Shown: positions 18,035-26,035 of the stretch, one piece after another
Numbering within the stretch: the stretch's first letter is position 1
Layout of the letters: every line of letters begins with the position of its first letter
From: a virus
Taxonomy: Duplodnaviria; Heunggongvirae; Uroviricota; Caudoviricetes
DNA: 51,946 nt
Direction: 5' to 3' (one strand)
IMG/VR virus record: IMGVR_UViG_3300044259_000172
Notes under the pieces: model-generated
The model's database searches: none
The model's input: the letters and a program-made list of their open reading frames with translations, nothing else
Told to the model about the DNA's origin: nothing
Translations under genes and position numbers: made by a program

Positions 18035-18448
18035 TTAATTAGTGGCCCATTCCTTAAATGTTTCAGAAGCCAACTTCCCATCATATTTTCCAGAATATTT
18101 TTCCTTCAAAATTTTCATAAAATCTGGCATTGTTCCAGTTCCATGATTTTTAATGACATTAAGGAGATCTTCCTTTGTCATCTGAGCAGGAATATAATCT
18201 TCAATAATCTGAATTTCATCCAAAGTTTCTTGATTAAATGTATAAGTAGACATCTCCTTGAGCCCCTTGAGATGAGACTTCAAATATGCAATAGCATTTA
18301 CATCCGCGGAAGATTTCAATCCCTCAGCAGTCTTAGATTTATTTTGGATATTTCCCAAAATTGTAGAAAGAACTTTTGTCCTAAAACTGTCCTTTGCTTT
18401 TCGATAAACATTCAAATCATGCTTGATATTTTCTTCAATAGTCGTCAT
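18035..18448 (-). CDS. GatB/YqeY-domain protein
   Basis: EI.IIEDYIPAQMTKEDL, M..LKEKY.GKYDGK.AS. Confidence 0.8.
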   Translation of the reverse strand: MTTIEENIKHDLNVYRKAKDSFRTKVLSTILGNIQNKSKTAEGLKSSADVNAIAYLKSHLKGLKEMSTYTFNQETLDEIQIIEDYIPAQMTKEDLLNVIKNHGTGTMPDFMKILKEKYSGKYDGKLASETFKEWATN

Positions 18449-18660
18449 TGGGTTTCCTTTATAAAATTTTCAATATTCTTAGAAAGAATTTCAGCATTTT
18501 TAATAAATGTTTCTTTTCTAACTTTTAATGGTTCTGCATCGAGTCCCATCCATTCTATATACTCTATACCTTCATCTAGTCCATCTGCATAAGATTTTAA
18601 TCTAGAGATTCGATTTATTTTAGATCGAAGATTATCATTAGTAATTGTAAACATTACCAT
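18445..18660 (-). CDS. Hypothetical protein
   Basis: ORF coupled to its neighbours. Confidence 0.5.
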   Translation of the reverse strand: MVMFTITNDNLRSKINRISRLKSYADGLDEGIEYIEWMGLDAEPLKVRKETFIKNAEILSKNIENFIKETQ

Positions 18661-18938
18661 AAATCTTCTGAAAAAAGTTCTGGAGGAAATATTTTTGGCT
18701 CTTTTAATTGTCCAGAATGATGAGCAATTCTATATGCTACATTTCGATCAGCAAATCTTCCTTCTGATGTTAAAAATCCTTGCATATAGGGATAAATCCT
18801 ACTTCCATCATAAATTTTATTTTTATCCAAAAAATGAATAATATGATGATGCCGAGCGGGCTTAGGTAAAGAAACTATGCAATTTTCACCAGTTTCCCCC
18901 TTAATTTTGATTGCTGCAGATATAATATGTTCTTCCAC
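18654..18938 (-). CDS. Conserved phage hypothetical protein
   Basis: IISAAI, RHHHI, QGFLTS.GRF.DR, LFSEDLW. Confidence 0.7.
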   Translation of the reverse strand: MEEHIISAAIKIKGETGENCIVSLPKPARHHHIIHFLDKNKIYDGSRIYPYMQGFLTSEGRFADRNVAYRIAHHSGQLKEPKIFPPELFSEDLW

Positions 18939-18949
18939 GATTTATCCTA

Positions 18950-19177
18950 TTAAATTAAATTGTAAATATAAAGAGCATCTTTGAGATTATTATATTTCAA
19001 AATTTCTGAACGCCCTTCATCAAAAATTTGATAATAAGAATCTTCTGGATGTGTAGGAAAAACGAAAAAGATTAAACGTTTAGGGGTTCCATTCGCACCA
19101 AGGCCGGACCCAATTGTTATATCCTTAATCCAGTTCTCTTGCAATTCTTCGATACTAATTTTATGACTTTTAATCAT
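18950..19177 (-). CDS. Hypothetical protein
   Basis: ORF in an operon. Confidence 0.5.
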   Translation of the reverse strand: MIKSHKISIEELQENWIKDITIGSGLGANGTPKRLIFFVFPTHPEDSYYQIFDEGRSEILKYNNLKDALYIYNLI

Positions 19178-19356
19178 TTTCTAAATCCTTTTATGGCATC
19201 AGATAATGGACCAAGTCTAGCAATGGTCTTTGGATAAAGTTTAAAATATGCCTCACTCAATTCTTCATAGGAAGACTCTTCTACTTTGGCAATTCGCTGA
19301 AACATTTGCGTTTCAGCGATCCATTTATCCATTTTATCCTTAGAACGAGAAGTCAT
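19174..19356 (-). CDS. Hypothetical protein
   Basis: ORF in an operon. Confidence 0.45.
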   Translation of the reverse strand: MTSRSKDKMDKWIAETQMFQRIAKVEESSYEELSEAYFKLYPKTIARLGPLSDAIKGFRK

Positions 19357-19735
19357 GATATTTTTCTTTCCGGCCGATGATCAAACCAGGGCGATCATAC
19401 TTTTTCCAGCGGTTGGTTTCAGCTGATTTAAGAACACCTTCCCAAGATTGAGTCTTTTCATTGAAACGATAATAATGCGTATAAGCATCCGGATTTGGTG
19501 AATATTCATAAGTCTGATCTTCAGAAAACCCATTTTTATCGATTCGCTTTGCAAAATCTTCTTGAACTCCAATGAATTTCTTTCCCTTTTCTTCAAAGAC
19601 AGAAGAAATGGTACCAGCATCCCGATCTGTATAAGAGCACAAGGTAGCTCCCATTCCAACTTCTGGAATAATTTTCTTCGTTCCAGAAATCATAATGTTG
19701 GACATCAGATTATTTGTAGGTTTCAGAAGAGACAT
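19340..19735 (-). CDS. Conserved-looking early hypothetical protein
   Basis: Start re-set to MSLLKP after GGAG and the promoter at 19771-19797; PEVGMGAT, YHDFSF. Confidence 0.65.
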   Translation of the reverse strand: MSLLKPTNNLMSNIMISGTKKIIPEVGMGATLCSYTDRDAGTISSVFEEKGKKFIGVQEDFAKRIDKNGFSEDQTYEYSPNPDAYTHYYRFNEKTQSWEGVLKSAETNRWKKYDRPGLIIGRKEKYHDFSF

Positions 19736-19916
19736 GATATTTACTCCGTTAGATTGTTTGTTAAAAACAGAATATAACAATCTAACAATATTGTAAATAG
19801 ACAAAATTAAATTTTTGTGTTTATTGTTTCATTTAGAGAAATTCTCAGTGATTGAAAGTTTCTTAATTTAAATCACCATCTAAAGATGTTTCATAAAATT
19901 TCCACTGAATATAATC

Positions 19917-20183
19917 CTAATTATCTTCCCATTCGAGATATATGCATTCAATCTCTTGAAGCCATAATTCGTGTTCTAATTCACGTCGTTCCTTTTCAAT
20001 CATCATTTTATCATATGAGTCAAGGTTTAATTCATCTTTAATAATTTTAGAATTTTGGCGACGTTGAATGCGACGATTTATTCTTTTATTTTGACCTTTT
20101 GTCACATGATTATGACCTGCAAAATAAATTCCATTATCCGTATCACTTACCCAACAAAGTTGGCGACGATAGGTTTGACTCAT
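19917..20183 (-). CDS. Hypothetical basic protein
   Basis: ORF. Confidence 0.5.
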   Translation of the reverse strand: MSQTYRRQLCWVSDTDNGIYFAGHNHVTKGQNKRINRRIQRRQNSKIIKDELNLDSYDKMMIEKERRELEHELWLQEIECIYLEWEDN

Positions 20184-20395
20184 TTTATGAACTTTCTAAT
20201 TAAATTTAGGAAGATGAATTTTAATCAATTATTTGTAAATCCGGATGATTTGCATCCATATTAAAATTAACTCCGAGAGATTTTAATCTATATCTTGATT
20301 TCATTTTTTTATCAATTTTTATATTAATTTCTCTTTTATCTTCGTCCTTTTTAATTTCTAGTGAATTCATAGTTTATACATTCCTTTTAAGAAAA

Positions 20396-20782
20396 TTAAT
20401 TAGGCTTTCCTGGAATATTTCTCCAATGAGAAAACTTATCATCTCCCCCTATATTAAATGCTCTTCCTCCTTGCTGTAAATGCCAACAAGTCTTTCCCGA
20501 AGAATTTGTAAACCATCTACAATCTGCATATCGACGATCACTTTCGATATGCCAAAGATCAATAAATCTTCCATCCTTTGGAGCGGTTGACATAGGTTGC
20601 CATCCTGCTCGTTTTTCCAGAGGAAGCTTTTCATCCAAAATTTCCTTTAAGGTCTTTGTATTCAAAGGAACAAAAACTTCTTTCAAAAGATTTTGTGAAT
20701 ATTCTTCTTCAGAAATTTTTGAACAATCTGGACATCCTCGGTGGCATAAACCTTCTTCTCTATGACAATAATCATGTCCCAT
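20396..20782 (-). CDS. Hypothetical protein with a WQPMSTAPKDG (DUF551-like) motif
   Basis: WQP..TAPKDG..IDLW...SHWR. Confidence 0.6.
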   Translation of the reverse strand: MGHDYCHREEGLCHRGCPDCSKISEEEYSQNLLKEVFVPLNTKTLKEILDEKLPLEKRAGWQPMSTAPKDGRFIDLWHIESDRRYADCRWFTNSSGKTCWHLQQGGRAFNIGGDDKFSHWRNIPGKPN

Positions 20783-20978
20783 AATTAATTCCCTCCAATT
20801 GGAAAGACTGCCAAGGAAGAGTAGTGATATTTTCCTTTGGAATTAAGAATCCGTTGAGCTTCGATAATTGCTTTTTCAGAAGATCCAGCAATAACAGAAA
20901 TATCAAACTTTTCGCTCTTCGAAGCACGATCTGCCATAATAACATTGTAAGTCATATTTCTCTTCTCCTTGGTTTATT

Positions 20979-21350
20979 TTAAATAAATCTTAGATCGAAC
21001 CCACCGACGATAGTGGCCTTTTCTTTTTCAAAAATAACTTGCTTTGATCCAAAGATAACTCTTCTCTTATCGAGATTGTAAACAATAACGTGAAAATCAT
21101 CTTTATAAAGAGCATCAATAGCTTCATCCATAAAGAACCAATCCTTCAAATCTTCAATGGATTTGAACCCAAAATAAAAACTAAGTCTACGGGAATTTCC
21201 ACACCAAAAATCACAAATACCTTCATCATTAAAAGGATTTGGATGCCTTTCTCCACAAAAATTAAATAATTCAGTTTGAGAGAAATGTCTATTAGAGTAG
21301 GAGGTATAAGGACCTTTCAGATACTTATTTTCAACTCGATAAACTAACAT
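20979..21350 (-). CDS. Conserved-looking phage hypothetical protein
   Basis: MLVYRVEN...GPY, HPNP, FGF.S...LKDWF, KQVIF. Confidence 0.6.
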   Translation of the reverse strand: MLVYRVENKYLKGPYTSYSNRHFSQTELFNFCGERHPNPFNDEGICDFWCGNSRRLSFYFGFKSIEDLKDWFFMDEAIDALYKDDFHVIVYNLDKRRVIFGSKQVIFEKEKATIVGGFDLRFI

Positions 21351-21660
21351 TGCTAACTATCCTCTTTAGAGATTAGGGGATTAGATTGATTTGTTAGAAA
21401 TAACTTAATTTATTTTATTAGAAATGTAAATAGACAAAATGATTATTCATCAACAATTTTAAATTTGTACAATTGATATTCAGTTTTCAATTCTTCCAAA
21501 TCCGCAGAATGAGTAATAGGACCTATAGTCAGATATCCTTTAGAACCTTCGCTTTGATATTTAAAATCAAAGAAAATTAAAGGTTTCTTCGAAATGACAT
21601 CAGAAAATTCATCTGGTAAATCAAAATGAACTATCATATAGAGATAAATGTAAATAGACA

Positions 21661-22032
21661 TTATGATCTTTCTTGAATTCTTTTTCTGTTAATTTCCATA
21701 TCCCATTGAGAAGGAATCCAATCATTCAACCAATGATTTCTAAGTCCTTCAATCAAAATCTCAGGATTTCTGAAATTCGGGGAATAACCTCTATTCAACA
21801 TTTCTTGAATTAAGGATTTTTGTCTCTCTACTAACCATATAGCTTTATTGTAGAAAAATTTGACATGTCCTGTTCCCATAGTGTATCGATGAGGAATATC
21901 TATTTGATGAGGTGATAGACCTTTCATCTGAGATTTTTGGATCAACCCAAAGGTTCTAGGAAGTTCTTTATATTCAGCAATCAGATGCTTTACTGATAAT
22001 TCTGAAGGTGGAACACAATTGATTCTAGTCAT
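21661..22032 (-). CDS. denV: Pyrimidine-dimer DNA glycosylase / endonuclease V
   Basis: MTRIN...L...HLIAEY.ELPR, Y.MG.GHVKFFY; start re-set to MTRIN. Confidence 0.9.
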   Translation of the reverse strand: MTRINCVPPSELSVKHLIAEYKELPRTFGLIQKSQMKGLSPHQIDIPHRYTMGTGHVKFFYNKAIWLVERQKSLIQEMLNRGYSPNFRNPEILIEGLRNHWLNDWIPSQWDMEINRKRIQERS

Positions 22033-22185
22033 TCCATTTTCCTTATCTTGATATGAAAATGTCTCCAATTAAGGAGACATTTTATTTATAGAATATTAAG
22101 ATTACCCGCCTTAATCAATACTAGCTAGATATGTCTATAGAACACTTCGTGTGAAAACAGATGCGATATAGAATTCTATAAATTT

Positions 22186-22610
22186 TTAAATTGCAAAGTC
22201 ATATTTTCCAAGTTTAATACCAAATATTTGAGCAAATTTAGAAGCCTTTTCTTTGGCAATTTCAATTTTATTGTTAGATTCGGAAGATTCTCCTGTAGCT
22301 TTACCAAAACTAATTATTTTGCTTCCACTAAAATGAGCATTTTTTAAATTAAAATCGGCATAAACTTCATATTTTGTTTTTGAAGGAATACGAAGTCGAT
22401 CTTGTTTATTATAAATTGTAATTGAATAAAATATTAAAAGATTTCCAAATTGATCCTTATAGATCCCAGTAGAACGAGGTTCTTCTATCTTTTAAATTCA
22501 AGTCCTAAAGATTGAATGGATTTAAAGAAATCTTTAGGACTTGAATTAGAACGATAAATCTGAATAATTGGGGTTTCTTCAGATTCTCTGAGAAATTTTT
22601 TAAATGACAT
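22186..22610 (-). pseudogene. Frameshift-split late gene (41-codon ORF plus a 101-codon Met-less -1 frame)
   Basis: MSFKKFLRE...EFKR* at 22485-22610; the -1 frame is open from 22491 to the TAA at 22186; junction GAA TTT AAA AGA TAG. Confidence 0.6.
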
Positions 22611-22614
22611 ATTC

Positions 22615-22656
22615 TTTTCCTCTATTTTAGATATTTATATTTAAAATAGAGGAAAA
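22615..22656 (-). promoter_or_regulatory. RBS-sequestering hairpin with late promoter TATAAATA in its loop
   Basis: TTTTCCTCTATTTTA-AA-TATAAATA-TC-TAAAATAGAGGAAAA-GAAT-ATG. Confidence 0.8.
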
Positions 22657-22669
22657 GTACATAATAAAA

Positions 22670-23206
22670 TTAATTCTGAGCTACTTTAGCATCATCATAA
22701 TTTCTGTTATCATTCATAATATTCTTGTAAAGAGAACGATTGCGGAGCATATGATCAGCACAATGAGCCGCAGCCCAACTGTCAGGTTTAATTACAGGAT
22801 CCACTTGACATACTCCTCTGATATATCCAATTGCTTCCTGAACTACACAAGATGATCCATACTTTTTATTAGGATTGATATCAAGATGCACTTCAATATC
22901 TCTATCAGAGATTACATCTGCAAGTCTCAAATATAATTCAGAAACCTTATAAACTTCATTCATTAGTCTGAAGGAAGGGCGAGACACCTTTTTATCATAA
23001 TCTCGTTCAGTTTGAATTTCTCCAAAAATTTTACATCCATTCTTTCCATTGATATGGACAATAACAACTAGAGCATATTCAGCAAACCAAACATCTCCTT
23101 TTTTAAATTTTACCGAATCACATCCAATATAAATTTTCGTATCAGGTGATTGGTTATAAAGAAAATTCTTAATTTCATCGATATTAATTTTTGAACTATT
23201 GTCCAT
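22670..23206 (-). CDS. YkuK/DUF458-like RNase H-fold protein
   Basis: KIYIGCDS, RLMNEV, EVHLDIN, IKP.SWAA..CAD. Confidence 0.75.
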   Translation of the reverse strand: MDNSSKINIDEIKNFLYNQSPDTKIYIGCDSVKFKKGDVWFAEYALVVIVHINGKNGCKIFGEIQTERDYDKKVSRPSFRLMNEVYKVSELYLRLADVISDRDIEVHLDINPNKKYGSSCVVQEAIGYIRGVCQVDPVIKPDSWAAAHCADHMLRNRSLYKNIMNDNRNYDDAKVAQN

Positions 23207-23396
23207 TTGATTATTCTTTCATTTAATTTCTTTTACACATTCTGCCATATGAGTCCTAGTAGATCCATCTGGAGTAATTTCAATCACAAATTCTTCATCA
23301 ATCATTCCATCAAATTCATAACCTTTCTTCCACTGAGGAAGGTGGTCAAAATCTTTACGAGAAGATGTACGAACAAACTTTGTCATGTTTCTATTC

Positions 23397-23597
23397 CTAT
23401 CGAGAAATTAGATTTTTAAGAGCTTTAGCGTCTGCGATGATTTTATCGAGTTTTGAGATTGCAGAATCTCTATAGATTGGAGATGTAGGATATGATCCAA
23501 ACCAACCTCCTGCAGAAGAAAAAGAATTCAACATTTTAATATCATATTCAAGACGATTTAAAGAACTTGAAATATCATTAGGTTGAATTTTCTTCAT
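23397..23597 (-). CDS. Hypothetical early protein
   Basis: Follows the promoter motif at 23652. Confidence 0.5.
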   Translation of the reverse strand: MKKIQPNDISSSLNRLEYDIKMLNSFSSAGGWFGSYPTSPIYRDSAISKLDKIIADAKALKNLISR

Positions 23598-23676
23598 TTT
23601 AAAATTTCCTAGTTGATTTGATAGATTATTAATATCAAAAGAATGAGCAATTGTAAATAGAGAAAATCGATAAAAA

Positions 23677-23752
23677 TGGTGGGTCCTGAAAGATTCAAAC
23701 TTTCGTCTTACCGGTTAAGAGCCGGATGTAATAGTCACTATACGAAAGACCC
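23677..23752 (-). tRNA. tRNA-Lys(CTT)
   Basis: Cloverleaf, loop CT-CTT-AA, encoded CCA. Confidence 0.85.
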
Positions 23753-23756
23753 AAAA

Positions 23757-23966
23757 TCGTGCCACCTGATAGGATTCGAACCAATCTTTTAATTGAGAAT
23801 AATAACTAGAAGCTGTTGCTAGGTATTCGAGGAGGTAATACGTGGTTAATTCCACACAGCAACTTTCCCTCCATCCATCTACCTTCTTACGCTTGTTACT
23901 AATCTAAATTAAAGCCTCTTTAAGTATCCATACATATTCTTGGCCAAGAATTTAGAGGCAGGCGAC
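23757..23966 (-). ncRNA. 210-nt tRNA-ended structured RNA
   Basis: Acceptor GTCGCCT/AGGTGGC, T arm with TTCGAAT, long central helix and pseudoknotted core; 3' end ACGA. Confidence 0.6.
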
Positions 23967-23975
23967 ATATAAAAT

Positions 23976-24233
23976 TTAATGAATATAAGCTAAAATAAGA
24001 TCGCGAACAATCTTTGGGGTTACAGCGAAATTGAATCTAATTTCATCCGATTTATAACCAAGTTGAGACATTGGAGTCCCACAACAATCACAAACCCATT
24101 CAATTTTTTCACCGACTTCAGTTTTCTTAAAATTGATAGGTTGTTTAAGATTTCCACCTTTAATATGAACATTTGTTTTACCAGCAGTCCATTGATATGT
24201 TTTATCTTCTACTTCAATATTTCTATAACTCAT
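23976..24233 (-). CDS. Hypothetical protein inside the tRNA array
   Basis: ORF with AAGGA RBS; CDCCG motif. Confidence 0.6.
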   Translation of the reverse strand: MSYRNIEVEDKTYQWTAGKTNVHIKGGNLKQPINFKKTEVGEKIEWVCDCCGTPMSQLGYKSDEIRFNFAVTPKIVRDLILAYIH

Positions 24234-24270
24234 TTCAAGATCCTTATTTAGGAGATTGTAAAAATTTATT

Positions 24271-24371
24271 TGATGGAGCCATAGAGGAATTGAACCTCTT
24301 CACCCGCCGCTAACATCCTCCAACTACATTGCCCTTTCTGACAGGCGGTTTCAGCGTAGTCGTCTGACCCC
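24271..24371 (-). ncRNA. 101-nt tmRNA-TLD-like RNA with alanine identity
   Basis: GGGGTCA/TGGCTCC acceptor with G3.U70 and A73; AGAGG-TTCAATT-CCTCT T arm; no D or anticodon arm. Confidence 0.6.
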
Positions 24372-24380
24372 ATTAAAATA

Positions 24381-24456
24381 TGGTGTTCCTGGTCGGATTC
24401 GAACCGACACTTGATGGTTTCTAAAACCATTGCCTCTACCATTGGGCTACAAGAAC
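24381..24456 (-). tRNA. tRNA-Leu(TAG), short variable loop
   Basis: ATGGT-TTTAGAA-ACCAT, CCA. Confidence 0.85.
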
Positions 24457-24464
24457 AATTTATA

Positions 24465-24558
24465 TGGAGGAAGAAGTTGGTCTCGATCCAAAGACGTAAG
24501 TCGCTTTACGCCCGATCAGTTTAGCAAACTGTCTTGAGTCCTACTCAATTCATCTTCC
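24465..24558 (-). tRNA. tRNA-Ser(GCT)
   Basis: Loop TTGCTAA, long variable arm, CCA. Confidence 0.8.
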
Positions 24559-24564
24559 TTAGAA

Positions 24565-24640
24565 TGGCTCAGAGTGAAGGGTTCGAACCTTCAATTTCCT
24601 GGATCAAAGCCAGGTGCCTTACCAATTTGGCCAACTCTGA
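24565..24640 (-). tRNA. tRNA-Gln(TTG)
   Basis: CCTGG-CTTTGAT-CCAGG, CCA. Confidence 0.9.
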
Positions 24641-24648
24641 ATATTATT

Positions 24649-24724
24649 TGGTGCGCATGGCTGGAATTGAACCAACATCTTATCAGTTATGAGCTGAGGG
24701 CATTGACCATTATGCTACACGCGC
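24649..24724 (-). tRNA. tRNA(CAT), elongator Met or Ile2
   Basis: Loop CTCATAA, G1-C72, CCA. Confidence 0.85.
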
Positions 24725-24732
24725 TTTGATGT

Positions 24733-24933
24733 TTAAATCTTTTCCAGACAATGTTCTGTCATTTGAAGTGCTTTATGTAAGAAACCATCAATCATAATTG
24801 GGGTTTCTAATTGAACGATAAAGTGGCACATTTCAGGAAATTTAAATGCAATTCCTAAAACTTTACAAGTTTGCCCATCCATTTCAGAATTCGTAGAATG
24901 AATCCTAACAATTTCATCACATTCAAATTTCAT
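24733..24933 (-). CDS. Hypothetical protein inside the tRNA array
   Basis: ORF with AAGGA RBS. Confidence 0.55.
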   Translation of the reverse strand: MKFECDEIVRIHSTNSEMDGQTCKVLGIAFKFPEMCHFIVQLETPIMIDGFLHKALQMTEHCLEKI

Positions 24934-24957
24934 TATACGATTTTCCTTTTATAAGAT

Positions 24958-25034
24958 TGGTGCGTCTGACTGGGCTCGAACCAGTGACCTTCGGGTTAGA
25001 AATCCGGTGCTCTATCCAACTGAGCTACAGACGC
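24958..25034 (-). tRNA. tRNA-Arg(TCT)
   Basis: Loop TTTCTAA, canonical D and T arms, CCA. Confidence 0.85.
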
Positions 25035-25037
25035 AAA

Positions 25038-25141
25038 TAAAGTGATTAGCCTTCCAGGCCGGATTCGAACCGACATACTCCAATTACTCGATTAACGACG
25101 CATTAGAAGTGCGTTGAGATACTGGAAGGCTAATCACTTTA
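25038..25141 (-). ncRNA. D-armless Arg(TCT) tRNA-like RNA inside a perfect 20-bp inverted repeat
   Basis: TAAAGTGATTAGCCTTCCAG repeat arms at 25038-25057 and 25122-25141; ACGCA-CTTCTAA-TGCGT; GTCGG-TTCGAAT-CCGGC. Confidence 0.6.
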
Positions 25142-25150
25142 AATTATTCT

Positions 25151-25372
25151 TTATTCATCAAAGGTGATAAAACCTTTTTCCTTAAGTTGGGACAAGAGCA
25201 TTCTTACCATATAAGAGGTATCACCAAGATCATTATCTTGATCGCAATTATAAAATATTTCAACTGCTGCAACTTTTAACAATTCAGGAAGAGCCATCTG
25301 AGAATGGAGAACAATAGGCTCTCCTAAAAGCTTAATCAGTTTAAGCTGAATATTTTCCTTTGTAATTTTCAT
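25151..25372 (-). CDS. Hypothetical early protein
   Basis: Follows the promoter at 25406-25433. Confidence 0.55.
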   Translation of the reverse strand: MKITKENIQLKLIKLLGEPIVLHSQMALPELLKVAAVEIFYNCDQDNDLGDTSYMVRMLLSQLKEKGFITFDE

Positions 25373-25448
25373 TTTGAATTACTCTCTCTATCAGTTGAGA
25401 GTTAGATACTATCACAATCTGAGAGAATGTAAATAGGTAATTTTTATT

Positions 25449-25625
25449 TTATTTAGAAAGATTACCAATTATTTCTGAACAAGAAAGGCAAAAATAAATA
25501 TGTTGACCTCTATTACGAAAAGAATAGGTAGCAATTACTTCTGTTCCACTATTCATTTCTTTATCGCAACCTCGGCAATAAGCAGTACGTAGAATTTTTC
25601 TACGATTTATTTCTCTATCTGTCAT
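25449..25625 (-). CDS. Small Cys-rich (CxxC...CxxC) protein
   Basis: Start re-set to MTDREINRRK; CRGC and CLSC. Confidence 0.55.
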   Translation of the reverse strand: MTDREINRRKILRTAYCRGCDKEMNSGTEVIATYSFRNRGQHIYFCLSCSEIIGNLSK

Positions 25626-25655
25626 ATTAATCTTTCTAATTTTATATTTTAAAAC

Positions 25656-25731
25656 TGGTGGGTGCGGTGGGAATCGAACCCACGTAACTCTGCTTAAAAG
25701 GCAGATCCCTAAACCGCTCGGACACACACCC
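25656..25731 (-). tRNA. tRNA-Lys(TTT)
   Basis: TCTGC-CTTTTAA-GCAGA, CCA. Confidence 0.9.
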
Positions 25732-25778
25732 ATTTTGGATTTCCTTGGTTTAGCCTATCAACTTAATAATAGGATTTA

Positions 25779-25875
25779 AAATACATGATTGCAAACGGCG
25801 TATCCACATCGAAGTTTCTATATATAACCTAACGCCGTATAACGGAAATATAGACTTGAGCTTCATCATGTATTT
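25779..25875 (-). ncRNA. Structured (pseudoknotted) spacer RNA candidate
   Basis: 11-bp closing stem AAATACATGAT/ATCATGTATTT; TCTATAT/ATATAGA crossed by ACGGCGT/ACGCCGT. Confidence 0.45.
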
Positions 25876-25878
25876 AAT

Positions 25879-25954
25879 TGGTGTCTCCCCTCGGAATCAA
25901 ACCGAGTCCCTTTGTTCTTCAGACAAATGTGCGCATCAGCTACACCAGAGAGAC
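25879..25954 (-). tRNA. tRNA-Phe(GAA)
   Basis: TTTGT-CTGAAGA-ACAAA, CCA. Confidence 0.85.
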
Positions 25955-25961
25955 ATTAAAA

Positions 25962-26035
25962 TGGCGGACCATACGGGTATCGATCCCGTGATTTCACTTA
26001 GACAGAGTGACATGTTACCATTACATCAATGATCC
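25962..26035 (-). tRNA. tRNA-Asp(GTC)
   Basis: TCACT-CTGTCTA-AGTGA, G73-CCA. Confidence 0.85.

Noticed and set aside
23820-23890. RNase P-like words (GAGGGAAAGT, TAGATGGATG, AACAGCTT) in the 210-nt RNA
   Set aside because: The order differs from RNase P conserved regions and the element has tRNA-type ends; probably coincidence.
23757-23966. tRNA interrupted by a group I intron
   Set aside because: The insert is too short, no P7 or R/S consensus was seen, and no clean spliced anticodon arm could be rebuilt.
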